DNA of 62,858 nt, the filler included, from Rhabdomonas costata (taxonomy: Eukaryota), in the NCBI GenBank assembly GCA_019059605.1. It is 26 parts of 26 records of this genome, joined end to end, with 100 filler letters (N's around TTAATTAATTAA, not from the genome) between each part and the next. Parts side by side here need not be neighbours in the genome. Positions count along the whole stretch, not along the records: positions 36,352 to 38,671 come from JAHMHO010004060.1; positions 38,772 to 41,090 come from JAHMHO010004061.1; positions 41,191 to 43,510 come from JAHMHO010004062.1; positions 43,611 to 45,930 come from JAHMHO010004063.1; positions 46,031 to 48,350 come from JAHMHO010004064.1; positions 48,451 to 50,770 come from JAHMHO010004065.1; 20 more parts are not named here. The stretch is one strand, 5' to 3'. Numbering within the stretch: the stretch's first letter is position 1; every line of letters starts with the position of its first letter. This document shows, one piece after another, positions 36,801 through 48,999 of this stretch. The notes below the pieces were generated by a model that made no database searches, had not been told where the DNA came from, and worked only from the letters and a program-made list of their open reading frames with translations. The translations under genes were made by a program, and so were the position numbers.

Positions 36801-37563
36801 GCTCCTTCCCTCCCCTCCTCCCAAGTTATGTGGTCCTCGGTTTTGCTGCACCATTTGGAAAACGTGCCTTGGTTTTCGTTTCTTATTGGGTTGTCCGTGA
36901 GAAAGGGAAGCACAAGGCAATAATATCAAGGGATCTGCGTTTCGTCCAATTATTCGAGGGATGGACCTTCAGGGATGCGGGGCTTCGGATTCGGCTTCGG
37001 GAATTACTACTGGCCCCATGCTTGCTGCTTTTTTGGCGGTTCTTCTTTCGGTTGATGGTGGAAAGCCGTAGTCTGTCGTGCTGACTGGTCACGTCAGCAC
37101 ACAGGCATGCCGCCAAGCCTGCTCTGGCATTTTCAGTCATTTTCAGTCATTTGCAGTTGTTTTTGGATTTCTTTTCGGTGCTTTCAATGTTTTTTTCCTC
37201 CAATGGGAGCTGCGAGTGCCACCTATGGTTCTGCTGTAGGCACCGGAACTTGCCAGACTGCTGATATGGCTTTCGGGGAACCCTCTTTGCGGCTTGCTCC
37301 AGTGTGTGTTCAGTAGGTTTTGTCAGAGTTTTTTTTTTCAGTCAGTAGGTTTTTTAGTGCTGCTAGCCCTTTCCCGACGATGACCAACTGACTGGGCAGG
37401 TTTTGAAACCTCCAGTTGTTTTTGAAAATCTTTTCGGTTTTCTGATATGCACCTGTTGCGGTCAAGGGCATCATCTCAGCATGAAAAGGAAAATCGAGGT
37501 TTCGAGGTGTTTCACTCACCTTGCCCGCTTACTTGGCTCAGCTTCTTTGCTGCTCTTCACTCG

Positions 37564-38660
37564 ATGTCGAAGCGTGGCCAAGAGAAGTTTCCTGCGGTCA
37601 GCAGCGGCGGCTGTGGCGGAGGATGCATCTCCTGGCCCGCCTCTGTCGTGTTCTTGACGGAGTGTGTATTCGCTCCAGAGGTTCCCCAGGTTTGTCTCCG
37701 TGCTCGAAATGATGAGCATTTTGTTGTTGAGTTGTGTTTGATGACCCTTTTCGTGTTGATATTACCTTTTGCTATTTTTCCGGAGCCGTGTTTGCTTTCT
37801 AACTCGTTCCGTTCTAATGCTTCTCACGTCGGGGATCAAAACTTCATTCGCTTCCATTGTCGCGGGCAACTCAGCCAGTTATTGTTCGCCTCGAGCTGTC
37901 GTTCCTCTTTTGTGTGGTAGTCGATTCGGAAGGGGGTTGCCGTCAGCGGCTCCCCCAGTCATGCCTCGACCTATTGCAAGGCAACTCGGTGCCCATTGGT
38001 GCGAATCCAGCCGATCACTACCCTAGGGCACCCCGCGATGGGGCAGTATGGGCTTTTCGCGGCAAGGGCCTTGCCTCCGAGGAACAGAATCCTTTCCTAC
38101 GTCGGCGTCATCCGGGACGCTACCTCGGAATCTCAGACCAGCGCTTACGTCTTATCTTTTGCCGAGGTTTCTGTTTTCTCCTTCTCCTTTCGCAATCAGC
38201 CCACTCCGTCTCGTCCCCGTCGTGAGTCGCTGATCCTCAGTGGAGTACACTGAACGATTGCTATTTATCAAGCAAACATCAGCCGATTCGTGCACAACAG
38301 GCGAGCAGCAGATGGCCTTGACGTTGAATACGGTAACCAATGTGCACCAGGGAGTGCGCGTGAAAAAGTGAAGGATCTGGAAGATGAGGCATTCCATTAA
38401 ACTTATTAAGGAATGTTCTCCTTTCAGCTGAGGCTTTGCCGAAAGCTTTAGTACAGCTGGGAGTGCAGTTCCGCAGTGGCGTAATTAAACGGATATTTTT
38501 GCTGCTGCTGGTGTGATTGTTTTCCGGCAGGGCCTTTCCATCGACGCGGAGCAGCGTGGAAACGAGGCGCGGTTTATAAATGACTTCCGAGGTATTGCAG
38601 CAAGACCAAACGCGGAGTTTACCCTGGAGCGCGCCCCGGACGGGCGGCCCAAGGGAATGG
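37564..38660 (+). CDS. SET-domain methyltransferase of the HPAxGQxGLFA / RFIND(F/Y)RG subfamily (3' end missing)
   Basis: Exons 37564-37689, 37921-38166, 38531-end: WPASVVFL...VRIQPI...HPAMGQYGLFA...ILSYVG...IDAEQRGNEARFINDFRGIAARPNAEF. Confidence 0.88.
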
Positions 38661-38926
38661 ACCAAAACCCCNNNNNNNNNNNNNNNNNNNNNNNNNNNNN
38701 NNNNNNNNNNNNNNNTTAATTAATTAANNNNNNNNNNNNNNNNNNNNNNNNNNNNNNNNNNNNNNNNNNNNGGTTGTTGTTTGTGTTGTGTGGCACCTAG
38801 ATGAACGATTTTGGGGCGTGGTGCACTGATGACTCAACCAGCCGAGGGACTTGGCTTGCGCCGCCTCTGCCCTTTCCACATCGCGTGACAAGCAAAAATG
38901 AAAGGAGAAGCTGCCTGCCGGAAAAC

Positions 38927-39067
38927 CTCATCGGTTTTCTCCTCAGGCTTCTCCTCATCCTCGTCCAGATCTGGTTCATCCACCATGCCGCGCTTGGGTT
39001 TCCTCCGGTGTCGCAGCGGCGGTTCCTCCTCCATCTCATCGCGTGAGCTGTGCTTCTTCTTCACCAT
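38927..39067 (-). CDS. First exon of an unknown charged protein (MVKKKHSSRDEMEEEPP...)
   Basis: ATG follows a T-rich tract and CAG. 47 codons end at a GT donor. Confidence 0.5.
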
Positions 39068-39666
39068 TTGAAATGAAATAAGTATCAAAGAAGGGAATAA
39101 AAGCTGTGAAAAAATCAAAAAGGGGCGCGCTGCACAACTGCTCGCCATCCACATCGAAAAGCGGTCAGACTTAGTATTATCAATCTGATAGTCGGATAAA
39201 AATCGCTGGATTGAAGGTTTGCAACTCACTACACCACAACAACTGGAAGTCTCCTTTTGCTGGCATCCAAAACCCTTATAGGCGTCCCCCCCCCAAAAGG
39301 CTCCCTTTCCAGAATCGTCCAGTGTAAGCGTCTCCTTCAATTGTCGACCCGAACCGACAGCTCCGCCACAGCAAGAATGGAAGGAGGATGAAATCAATTT
39401 CAGCTCAAACGACTGCTACTGCCCCGTCTTGTCATCCCTCTCACTGAAGTGAAAGGATCCCACGCGCAGGTCAACTCACGAGCACCACTGTCGCACAAGA
39501 AAAGCATTACAAACTGCACAACAACAAAGACACCTCAGCGAAGTGGAAGAGACTCAGTGAATAGAGGAAGACACTGAGGGTGTGGGTGAAGGACCAGCAA
39601 GGCAACTCACTGGTGTGAGGTGGCCGCCACCCCTTCCTTCTATCTGCCTTTGCTCCCACGGAACTC

Positions 39667-41066
39667 TCAGGAAGAGGACTGCAGGAACCGGAAGGCGTGC
39701 TTGAGCACATGCTGGGCGAATGGGATGTACGAGAGACAGTACCACACAAGGGCGCCAACCTGGAGGCAGGTAAACACCAGCACCAGGATCATGCTCCGCA
39801 GCCACAGCGCGGAGAGCAGGGTGGCTACCATGCTGCCGAAGTACAGCGCGGAGGAAAGAATGCGGTCGCGCTGCACCATAGCCTTCAGCTGCCGCAGCGG
39901 GCCCACCAGGAACCCCGTGCTGCACACGCAGAAGATGTTCCTGCGTGTAGAAAGAGGGCTTATATAGCTAGCCTTACACCCAGAACCGCAGATACGTGCG
40001 CTCATCATCCGATATGTCAAAAACCCAACGGCGTTATACCATTTGGATGGAGCTCCTTTGTACGGGCAATGTGCGGGACGTGGCTTTGGTGAAGGTCTAA
40101 AATGGAACTTCTGAAAAGAACTTTGGACGTGAGAATCTCGATGCAACCCCAGCCCGGCGCGGGGAGGGATTACAAAAGAGAATACCCAGGGGAGGAGACT
40201 AAGACAGACCCAAGTAAAGCAAACACAGACTGACTGATCTCAAGAACGAAAGGGCAAACCGAGGCCCCGAAAATTATTGGGTATTGCGGCATTCGTTCAA
40301 AGCGCTGTCCGTCCGCCTGCACAGTTGAGACACGCTGCATATCTTTACATAGAAAATTACTGCACAAAACAGCAATAAAAACTATCTATGGCCTCACCAA
40401 ACGACAGCATGTTTAAGTTTACGATTTACAATAATTTGGCAGATAATATAGGCTCCCCCATTACCACAACTCCCTATATCCTAATCCCTTCCTCCAGTCC
40501 CTCCCAATAGGTGCCATTGGCGAGCCATTGGTTGGGTGTGGGAGTATGCGGGTTACTGAACTTCAATCGACATAAAACACGCTGCATCTCATGGAAGGGC
40601 GTATTCGAGATGATGCGGCGTGATAGCTATGCAAAGTATTGCCGCGTCACTTGAGTTCCACCCATGGTATGAACAATACTGTGGACAATCACCAGTCGAT
40701 CTGAATTGGCAAGGCCCCGATACGCTTGCCAAGTGTTTATCATCAACCGGAATGCCGCCTTTGATTTTAGATGATTTTGAATACACCGTCCTCCCTCTCA
40801 CCTTCATCGGTTCCTTCCTGACCACCCCCCTCTTCCTGCGCCATTGTACAAATACGTCTTTCTTTGAATTGCGTTGGTTCTTTTCGGTTCCCGTTTGCTT
40901 TTCTGCTCTTTTTCACTCACTTGCAAAGAACATTGTTGTTTGAATCGATATTTACTTTGGTCATTGTCAATTAGATTAGAGGCAAAGAGGAAACAGGGGG
41001 CTCACAGCAACCCGAAGGTGAAGAAGAACGCGAACTTCGCCGGCACCAGCACGATGATCGGCACCA
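39667..41066 (-). CDS. SFT2: Vesicle-transport protein of the SFT2/Got1 family (last two exons)
   Basis: Exon ~41066-41012 (VPAKFAFFFTFG) joins exon 39940-39667 (NIFCVCSTGFLVGPLRQLKAM...ALVWYCLSYIPFA). Confidence 0.92.
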
Positions 41067-42679
41067 ACCAACCCATACACACCTAACACANNNNNNNNNN
41101 NNNNNNNNNNNNNNNNNNNNNNNNNNNNNNNNNNTTAATTAATTAANNNNNNNNNNNNNNNNNNNNNNNNNNNNNNNNNNNNNNNNNNNNTGTTTGTGGT
41201 GGGGTTGTGTCTTGGTGTCCAAGAACGGTTCTAGGCAGTGAGTCCAAGAGAAAAGTTTTTTTAAAGCCATTTTTTAAAAAGGAGACAATGCTTTTTAAAT
41301 TGAATTTTCTGTTTGCATTAAACTTCTCCTGCTGGCAACTGGGCAAAGGTGATCGTTCTAACCTCAAGTGAAGACCGAAAATTTCACTACGAATGTTTGC
41401 TATGGAGTGGGTTTGGTAAACTGGTACGGTGTCGTCGAAATGGTCATATTGCAGTGCAAGGAGATGGGGTAAATTACGCAAGCCCACGAACTTATCGTGT
41501 TGTGTTGTGTACCAAGGGATTTGGATGCTACCGTTAATGCACGCTGTGCACGCGCGGAGGGAGGGAGGGGAGCGGAGGGGCAGTGCTGCCCTCCCATCTC
41601 CCCACCCACGGGCACGGGAACCAAAAAGCCGCACCATACCGCAAAAAAAAAAGAACGGGTCGGCCGCACGCTGATTACCCTCAGAGGGACGGGAACAACC
41701 CATGGAGAAATTTAGGGAAGCACAACAACGGGCACCTGCACTGGGCATATCCACGAAGTTACACGCATTGGGAACGGCCAATGGAGGGAGGCAAAGGCCA
41801 CATGCACAGGGACAACGCCCGAACTCAGTGCACTGCAGGAACAATCGCAGGACATTAATTGTGGCCAACTAGATCACGCCTTTGTCGCAGTGGGCCAGGT
41901 GCCGCTAAGAATATGAAGTATTTTCTTAATTCTTGGGAAAACATGTTTTCTGAAACCCAGATCCACCTGGCGGGGGGGGGGGTGCAGACCCTTACTCCCT
42001 GGCAGGAGTTTATTATCTCCTATTGAATATACCTCCGGCGGTCTGGGTTGCAGCGCTAGAGAACCTCTTGTATCCTGCAACATCACGGCGACCCAATTGA
42101 TCCACTGCTCTCCTCCCTTTTGCCCTTATCATTCGCATAACTGCTTGTTCCACACAAAATGGAAAATATTCCTTGAAGTTTTGCACCCTGAACTGCTATC
42201 AGGGGTGACTGAGCAGAACGATTCGCCCCCAACCGATTCTTGTCGATTATTTCAATTTATTCGAAAGTTAGGCATTTTTCCAGAAAGAAAGTAACTTCGA
42301 TTTTTGGGATTTTTTTAACAAGAAAAATGCGAAAATTGCAACGATTGGGTCATGAGATCATGTCAGTTGATGAACTCCCTGGATGAAATTCGAAGTTTCC
42401 AGAATGCTCACACGCGCTGGGACCCGGCCACCAAGAGGGAGCATATTTCATCTGTGAAGGTGATGCGCACGCGCACTGGGAAACCGCTCGATGTTAGACG
42501 CTGTGGTGGAAGGCCTTGCGTCCCAGTGCGTGTGTGCTTCCTTGACAGTCGGGATTTCCCCAATGTAGGCTCCCCCCCCCCGCTTCCTGAAAGAGGCAGG
42601 CCTCTCTTCCTATTACGAATATTGTATGGAATCTATAGAAGGAAGGGGTGGGGTGGGGAGGGAACGGTTGAAGGTCAAC

Positions 42680-42766
42680 TCACTTGGAGCTTAAGCGCCA
42701 ACTCACTTTGAAGAATTATAACATAAGTCGAAGTTTGAGAGGACGTCGGTTTTCGAAAGAAAAAAG
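42680..42766. repeat. Dispersed intronic repeat, copy 2 (copy 1 at 10916-11007)
   Basis: Shares the 29-bp core and downstream 16-mer with copy 1. Confidence 0.7.
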
Positions 42767-43051
42767 AACTTTTTTTTTGAATTTTTTGAAACAATTCTTG
42801 AGATTCTTTGAATTTTTGGAAAGAAGCCGGTTCTGGCGAAGCGAGAGTTAATTCCCTCCTTGCCATGCTCAGCCTCACTGAGGTTTATGTTCACGTGGCA
42901 GGCCCCCAGAAGCTCCTCCGAGGCTCGGAGTGGCGAACCCGCTCCAGTCACTCTTCGCCTGGGTAGAAAGCATGCCATCTTTTTGATGCTTTTCTTCAGG
43001 CCGACGCCACCACAGCCGGAGTCAACGAGTACCTTCGGCTCACCATATTAG

Positions 43052-43397
43052 GGCCCAGTGACTCGTATCCCGCAACCGTGTACTTCACGGTGTACCGTCA
43101 CGTCGTGGGCACGACCTCCTGCCCAATGGACTTCCACCGCTTCCCCTTCGACACACAGAATTGCCCTATCCCTGTGGTGGTGTGGGAGAAAGACCTCCCG
43201 CTCAGCTCCGGCATCCTCAATGCGAGATTTGCGCCGCCTCCTGCCACTGGGTCCTCCCACCTGGCCACGTTCGCCTTGAACTACAGCTTCGAGTCGTTTA
43301 TAAACTACTCCCCTTCCAGAAGTGTTATTCAATAACAGTGCTATGCTTGAGGACTATCCCGTGTGCCAGTTCACGGTGACGATGAAGAGGAACGGAG
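43052..43397 (+). CDS. Pentameric ligand-gated ion channel (Cys-loop receptor) extracellular-domain exon, with a frame break near 43310
   Basis: CPMDFHRFPFDTQNC (C-x13-C, 43120-43164). The +1 frame then gives YPVCQFTVTMKR (pre-M1 strand and Arg) before a GT donor. Confidence 0.85.
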
Positions 43398-44067
43398 GTA
43401 AACGCGGTTGTTCTTGTATACATCCCCTCCTGTTTTTCATCTTTTCAGTTCTTTCTCGTATCATTGTTATGGCTGGGACGGAGGTAAGTAAGGCCTTCTG
43501 CCCACAACACNNNNNNNNNNNNNNNNNNNNNNNNNNNNNNNNNNNNNNNNNNNNTTAATTAATTAANNNNNNNNNNNNNNNNNNNNNNNNNNNNNNNNNN
43601 NNNNNNNNNNGCCACGGTCACGGTGGAGGTGCTGTCGTGCGCCGAGCTGCGGTACCGCCTGCGAGCCCTAAGCTGGGTATGTGGGGTATGTGCAATGCAA
43701 TGTCACGCTTCGCATTAAAAGTGATTTTGGACGTCCTACCAAGTGGCGTGCGAAACAACACAGCACCGAGGCAAAGTGGTGAGCAGATGTCCCTTATCAC
43801 CTAGAATTTCTTTTTTCTCTGTTATTTTTTCGCTACTGAATCCACAAAAAAAACAATTATCACTTTAAGGTGAAGCGGACAATTAGAATGTGGTGTTGGC
43901 CCCTGCACCTCAAAATTTAGAGGTTGGGGTAGCACGAAGAGGCCAAAAAAGAGCAATGCACCGTGAGATTGAGTTGTTACATCACCACTCTTTAGCGTCT
44001 ACGTCCGAAAAATTTTGATTTCTGCATTTTGGTGTTGACCTCAAACAAAATCCCACAAAACAACAAG

Positions 44068-45112
44068 AGTGACCGCTGCTTCGCGGTGCCCGTGGTCAGC
44101 ACCTTCGCGGCGGAGGTGGCGGGTCTTCGGAGTGAGCTGATGGGGTACGACCCCGAGCAGCTGTCCGTGTACTCCTCTGCTGCGCTGTGCGAAAGCGATG
44201 GGGACAAAGGTGCTGTGTCACCTTGCTTCCGAGTGCTTCACGATGTTTCCCCAGCCTCTCGCTATGGCTCCACCCCAAAAAAGCAAGTTTGCGAGAAGAA
44301 GAGAAATCGCCCTTCTTTAAGTACTTCCCTTCTTATGAAAAAAAAAAGTCGTCATTCTCGAACCAGAAAGTATTCCTACCCTTCCGATTGCGCCTGTATA
44401 TGTTGTCGGTGTCGATGTGTATTGCCCAAAGATGGAGCGAGAAGTTTAATTGCGCAGGGAGGGTTGAATGGCGATTCCAGGAGGTGAAGGAGGTGGGGAC
44501 CGAGGGAAAGACAGAGATGTTTTTTTAGATTATTTTAATGGACATCGCTGTTGAGAGAGAGGTTTAGGGAGGCAAAGATGGTCGTGCTAGGGCCATTCTT
44601 TCAGTGTTCCAGATTCATGCTTTCCCCTGACATGTAACATTTTCCCGGAAGTGTTTTTTTGAATCAAATTGTATTAAAATGAGTTGCTGCAGCACACAGA
44701 TCAGTGGATGGATCATGAGATTGCCTACTGGCTCCGGATGCTTGCATGAGCACTTTGCATTTTGAAGAAAGCCACGGCATGCCACAGGTTTTTATGTTTT
44801 ATATGCCGGGTAGGGGGGTGAATGAATGGATGTGGGTTGGTGGCCCTCTTGTTCTCAGTGCCTTCGTCGCAGCCGACCCTTCTAACAGCCAATGAGGTTG
44901 TGGTGCGGCCTCGGTCCAGCGCAGACGAGCTGCGGTTTACATTTCGATACAATGCACCCCGAGGTATGCCCCCTCCACACAAAGGATTTCCTTCGTTGGC
45001 TCTTCGCTTTTCCGCCTTTTTTTTTGTCGCGCCGCACCGGTTTACTACGCTGAAGGTGCTCTTCAGCACGCAGACCCGCTTGCTCGATGTTCTGAGCTGC
45101 GGCGTTCTGTGA
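44068..45112 (+). CDS. C-terminal exons of an unknown protein
   Basis: Exons 44068-44209 and 44859-44963 are phase-compatible across a GT-AG intron. The terminal exon is ambiguous (~45030-45112). Confidence 0.5.
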
Positions 45113-46050
45113 CTTCCTTTCCATTGCATTGAAATGAGTGTGAAAGAGAATGAAGAAGAAGTGGAAGTGAGGTGGGGAGTATGTGCGTGTTTCGCGTGTT
45201 GAGCACCAAGCGCAATAATTGATGCGGAGCTGTGTGGGAAAGGATGGATGTCTTGACGGTGGAATGTTCGTGGGGCCATAGAAGAAGAGAATTGGTTAAT
45301 GGGGGCACAACCATAATTTGCGCCCCCCCCCTCCCCGAGAAGAAAGGCTCCGGTGCCTTCGAGGCATCAGTTTCCCTGTCGTGACACCGCCATGTCAACC
45401 ATGGGTCAGGCATGGTCAGCCATGCCAGTGCTCGGCTTACGCTGCTGACCTGGCGAGTTGGATAAGATGGTGAGGTGGGGCCTGCTTTTATTTCTGCTGG
45501 TTTTCTGCAGTTCTTTATTGGTTCTTCTCACAGCGTCTTCCCCAGGGGATCCTGCTGGAAAAGAGCAGGTGCATGTGCAAGCGTGGTTTGTTTTTATGCG
45601 CAAACGCTGTGGGACCAAGCTGAGTGGAGTATGGGGTTCCCGTCGGAAGCTTTCTGCAAGTTGCCCGTGCTAACCCCATCACAGCAAAACTAAGGTGAAA
45701 AAGAGCTTTGCCAAACGTCAACCTGAACACGAAGGAGTCCAGACACGGTTTCTGTCCTCCACGACCTTCACAACGGTTTTACAGAAAGAAAATAAAGAAC
45801 CAACAAACACTGAGCACAGTCCAACTCGGAAAATCACGTCTGCACGTCGCCCACCCGCTATTCTAGATCTCCAAATTACAGTTTCATGAATGGTCTGCAC
45901 CCGACCCAGCTTCCGATGTAGAGTGCTGCGNNNNNNNNNNNNNNNNNNNNNNNNNNNNNNNNNNNNNNNNNNNNTTAATTAATTAANNNNNNNNNNNNNN
46001 NNNNNNNNNNNNNNNNNNNNNNNNNNNNNNGGTTGGGTGGGGGAATCCCT

Positions 46051-46959
46051 GACGAGGGAGACTGCCTTCGCGAACGTTTCGCTGCTTTGAGGCGACGACA
46101 CTTGGAGTAAGATTCACCGACGGAGGGTCCGACCGGCTCTCAAATCGAGTGGAGTGCACGAAATGGGCGAGGCCCATGCCCAGAATCACAGTGCCGTAAG
46201 CGACGCTGACAAGCATATGAATACTTACCTGAGAGGTAAGCCGTGCGTGTCTGTGTGTCTATGGGAGAGAGAAATACCGTCTGAAACACCAGCCATGATC
46301 CAACGCTGTCCGGAACATCAGAAATGACCAGTTTTAGTCGGCGGTACATTTTCAAGCAGCGAGGACAAAAACTTGCTGTGTCATTCGTCGAAAAACTCCA
46401 TGCCAAAGTGCACGTACATACAGACCAGTTGAGCCCACTTTGGCACGATGGCACTACTAATTTCGGAAAGTTACCTGGAAAGTCCAAAGGAAAGGGAAGA
46501 CGGCGCAACCTCTAAAATTCACGGGGAGAAGACAAAGACGGATGACATAGCAAAATGAGTGGGAAACAGCTCGACACTGATGATATGTGTGTTGAGGCAC
46601 TGGGCCGTTATCAGCTTACTTGGCGGTTGTGCGGTGTACAACACTTCGGATAGCTCTACCCCTCAGCCATCAGGGACGCGTGACCCAAAACGGCTTTCAA
46701 GCCAACCCCCCTGGTGGGAGCCCCGGGCTCGCAGCACCACCATATTGGTCCACTGATACACTCCCTGACAGGTGGTGTGAGAGTGAGTGAGTGTGTGTGT
46801 GCGTGCGTGGAAAGGTGCGTGGTGTGGGTGTCGGTGTGGACGAGGAAAGAGGGTTTTTATATATTAAACTGAGGTGCGCACCCACCACCCACCATCAGCG
46901 TGGAGTACCAGACCTGAGGGGTGATGTCGCCGAACCCGCACGTGGTCATCGTAACCAGG
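46051..46959 (-). CDS. Potassium-channel pore (Ion_trans_2-type), partial
   Basis: Exon 46959-46893 SLVTMTTCGFGDITPQ (selectivity filter) joins exon 46228-end VSIHMLVSVAYGTVILGMGL (inner helix). Confidence 0.85.
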
Positions 46960-48999
46960 CTGTCCCCCCCACGGCCCTCACAGGAAACAGACCGACGCGC
47001 CACCCAGACAAAAATATGGCGGAACTCACACTCGTTTCCAAAGAATAGCCACCTTCTTTTACACCAAAAATTCACAGGAGAACGGCCGCTTGTGAACTCA
47101 GCACGAGGTTTCTTACATCAATTCTGTTCACAGCTGCCGTGTTGGCAGACTTGGTCTGAGTTGGTCTTGCGATTTCTGATCTAGCACGGGCGTATGTGAG
47201 TGGTGGTAACCTCGTTGGTTGGTGCTCCTTTGAGTGTTTCTGCTTTTGGCCTTCTGGTGTCAGCGTCGCGGAGTCGTCTCACTTCGTGGTTTCTTCTGTT
47301 CCCAGCACGTACTGTTTCTCTGCGTGTGTGCGTGCGTGTGCGTGTGTTGCGTGCGATGTGCACAGTGTGGTCATAAAGATGGCCCAGGCTCTGCTAGTGC
47401 TGGACTTAGCACTAATCGTTGGCATTACTGACGTCTTAGGCTGGCACTACATGTGATTTTGGGGATGGGGGCGGGTGCTGCCGCTCGCGAGACAGAGAAG
47501 CTGGCGACCGCAGGGGGCGCGTGCGCGCGGGCTGACTGCCGGTTGGTGCGCCTGATCAAGTTGGCTGCGCCGCTTCGCCAGCATTATGGCTGGGTGGCTG
47601 GGCAGCGTCGGCTTTGCCGTCGCCTGAAGTGACTAAGTTCGGCTTCCCCTACTCCCCGTCCTCCTCTGTGCGGGCATGTCGTGACGGTGAGGTGCTTTTG
47701 ACGCAGGACAGCATGCTATTGAACGTGCGTGCAGGCACGCCCGTTATACAGCAGTTTGACATCTGACAAACTTAGACGTCCAACGACCATCTTAAGCCAG
47801 TTATACCCCACCACCAACGATTGCATGCCCCCTGGTAATGATAATCAATGAAGGCTGGAAAATTTACGTCTGCATCTGGGTCTTGCGGGGGGGGGGGAGG
47901 TAACGAGATATAAAGGGATCCGGGATGCAAGTAGCTTTGTGCCACTTTATACCATCTTCAACTCAGTGTCCGCTTCCGGGATGATGTCCCCATTCTCGTG
48001 TATAATAGCCTACATCTGCCTTCCTCTAGCCTCACAACAGACTTGGAACCACTCCTAAGTGCCCCCGTGCAGGGGTAAGTAGGGGTACACTTGCTGGTGT
48101 TGGGACACGTGGTCTGGCATCCTCGCAGTGGTGAAGTGCGGTCGGGCGCCTAGTGCTTGCAGGTGCTGTGTCAAGTGGACTGGTCGATGCTGGCTGCTGG
48201 CTGCTGGCTGCTGGCGGTGGCGGTGGCGGTCTTAGGATTGCCCCAGCATTGCCGTGGGACCTCCAAGACACAGGGCACGTGCACTGAACCTGAGATAGAC
48301 GGCCCACAAAAACAGGGAGAAGCCGCGGCGGTAGAAGGGGTCGGCACCCTNNNNNNNNNNNNNNNNNNNNNNNNNNNNNNNNNNNNNNNNNNNNTTAATT
48401 AATTAANNNNNNNNNNNNNNNNNNNNNNNNNNNNNNNNNNNNNNNNNNNNGGGTGGTGTTGGACAAAGCATAAGTTCGATCTCGTGTGGTGCGGTTGGAA
48501 CGGAGCGCTGTGGTGTCGAAGAAAACGTACATTTCTGTAACAAAGAGAGTTGGCGTGTGTGTGGGGGCCAGTGTTTGCATGTGTCTGAGCCTGGGTGCGC
48601 TTACCCTCCATATGCGGGTCCCACTGAAGGTACACTCCCTCTTGGAAGGGGTGCGTCCGTTCATGTGAGGCCTCAATTCGCCCACAAATGCATTATTATA
48701 TAACAATACCGAATCTGTCCAAAAATCAGTTTACTGGCATCAACGGCTTGGGTGGGAGCCGTGTCAGAGGTCCCTCGCCCCTGCGGGGAAACTGTTTTTG
48801 ACCTTAATCCAAATAAGCTAACTTTACATCGCACTGGTAGGTGACGTTGGTATTCCCGCAAGAAGAAAGCATACCTGAGACACGGTTGGTGCCCGAGGTA
48901 CGTGTTTGTGTGCCTGTGGTTGGCGGTAGTTGTGTGTGTGTGCGTGCGTTTGTGTCTGTGCTGCTGCACCGGCGCAGTTCTTCCCTGCAACACGCCCAC

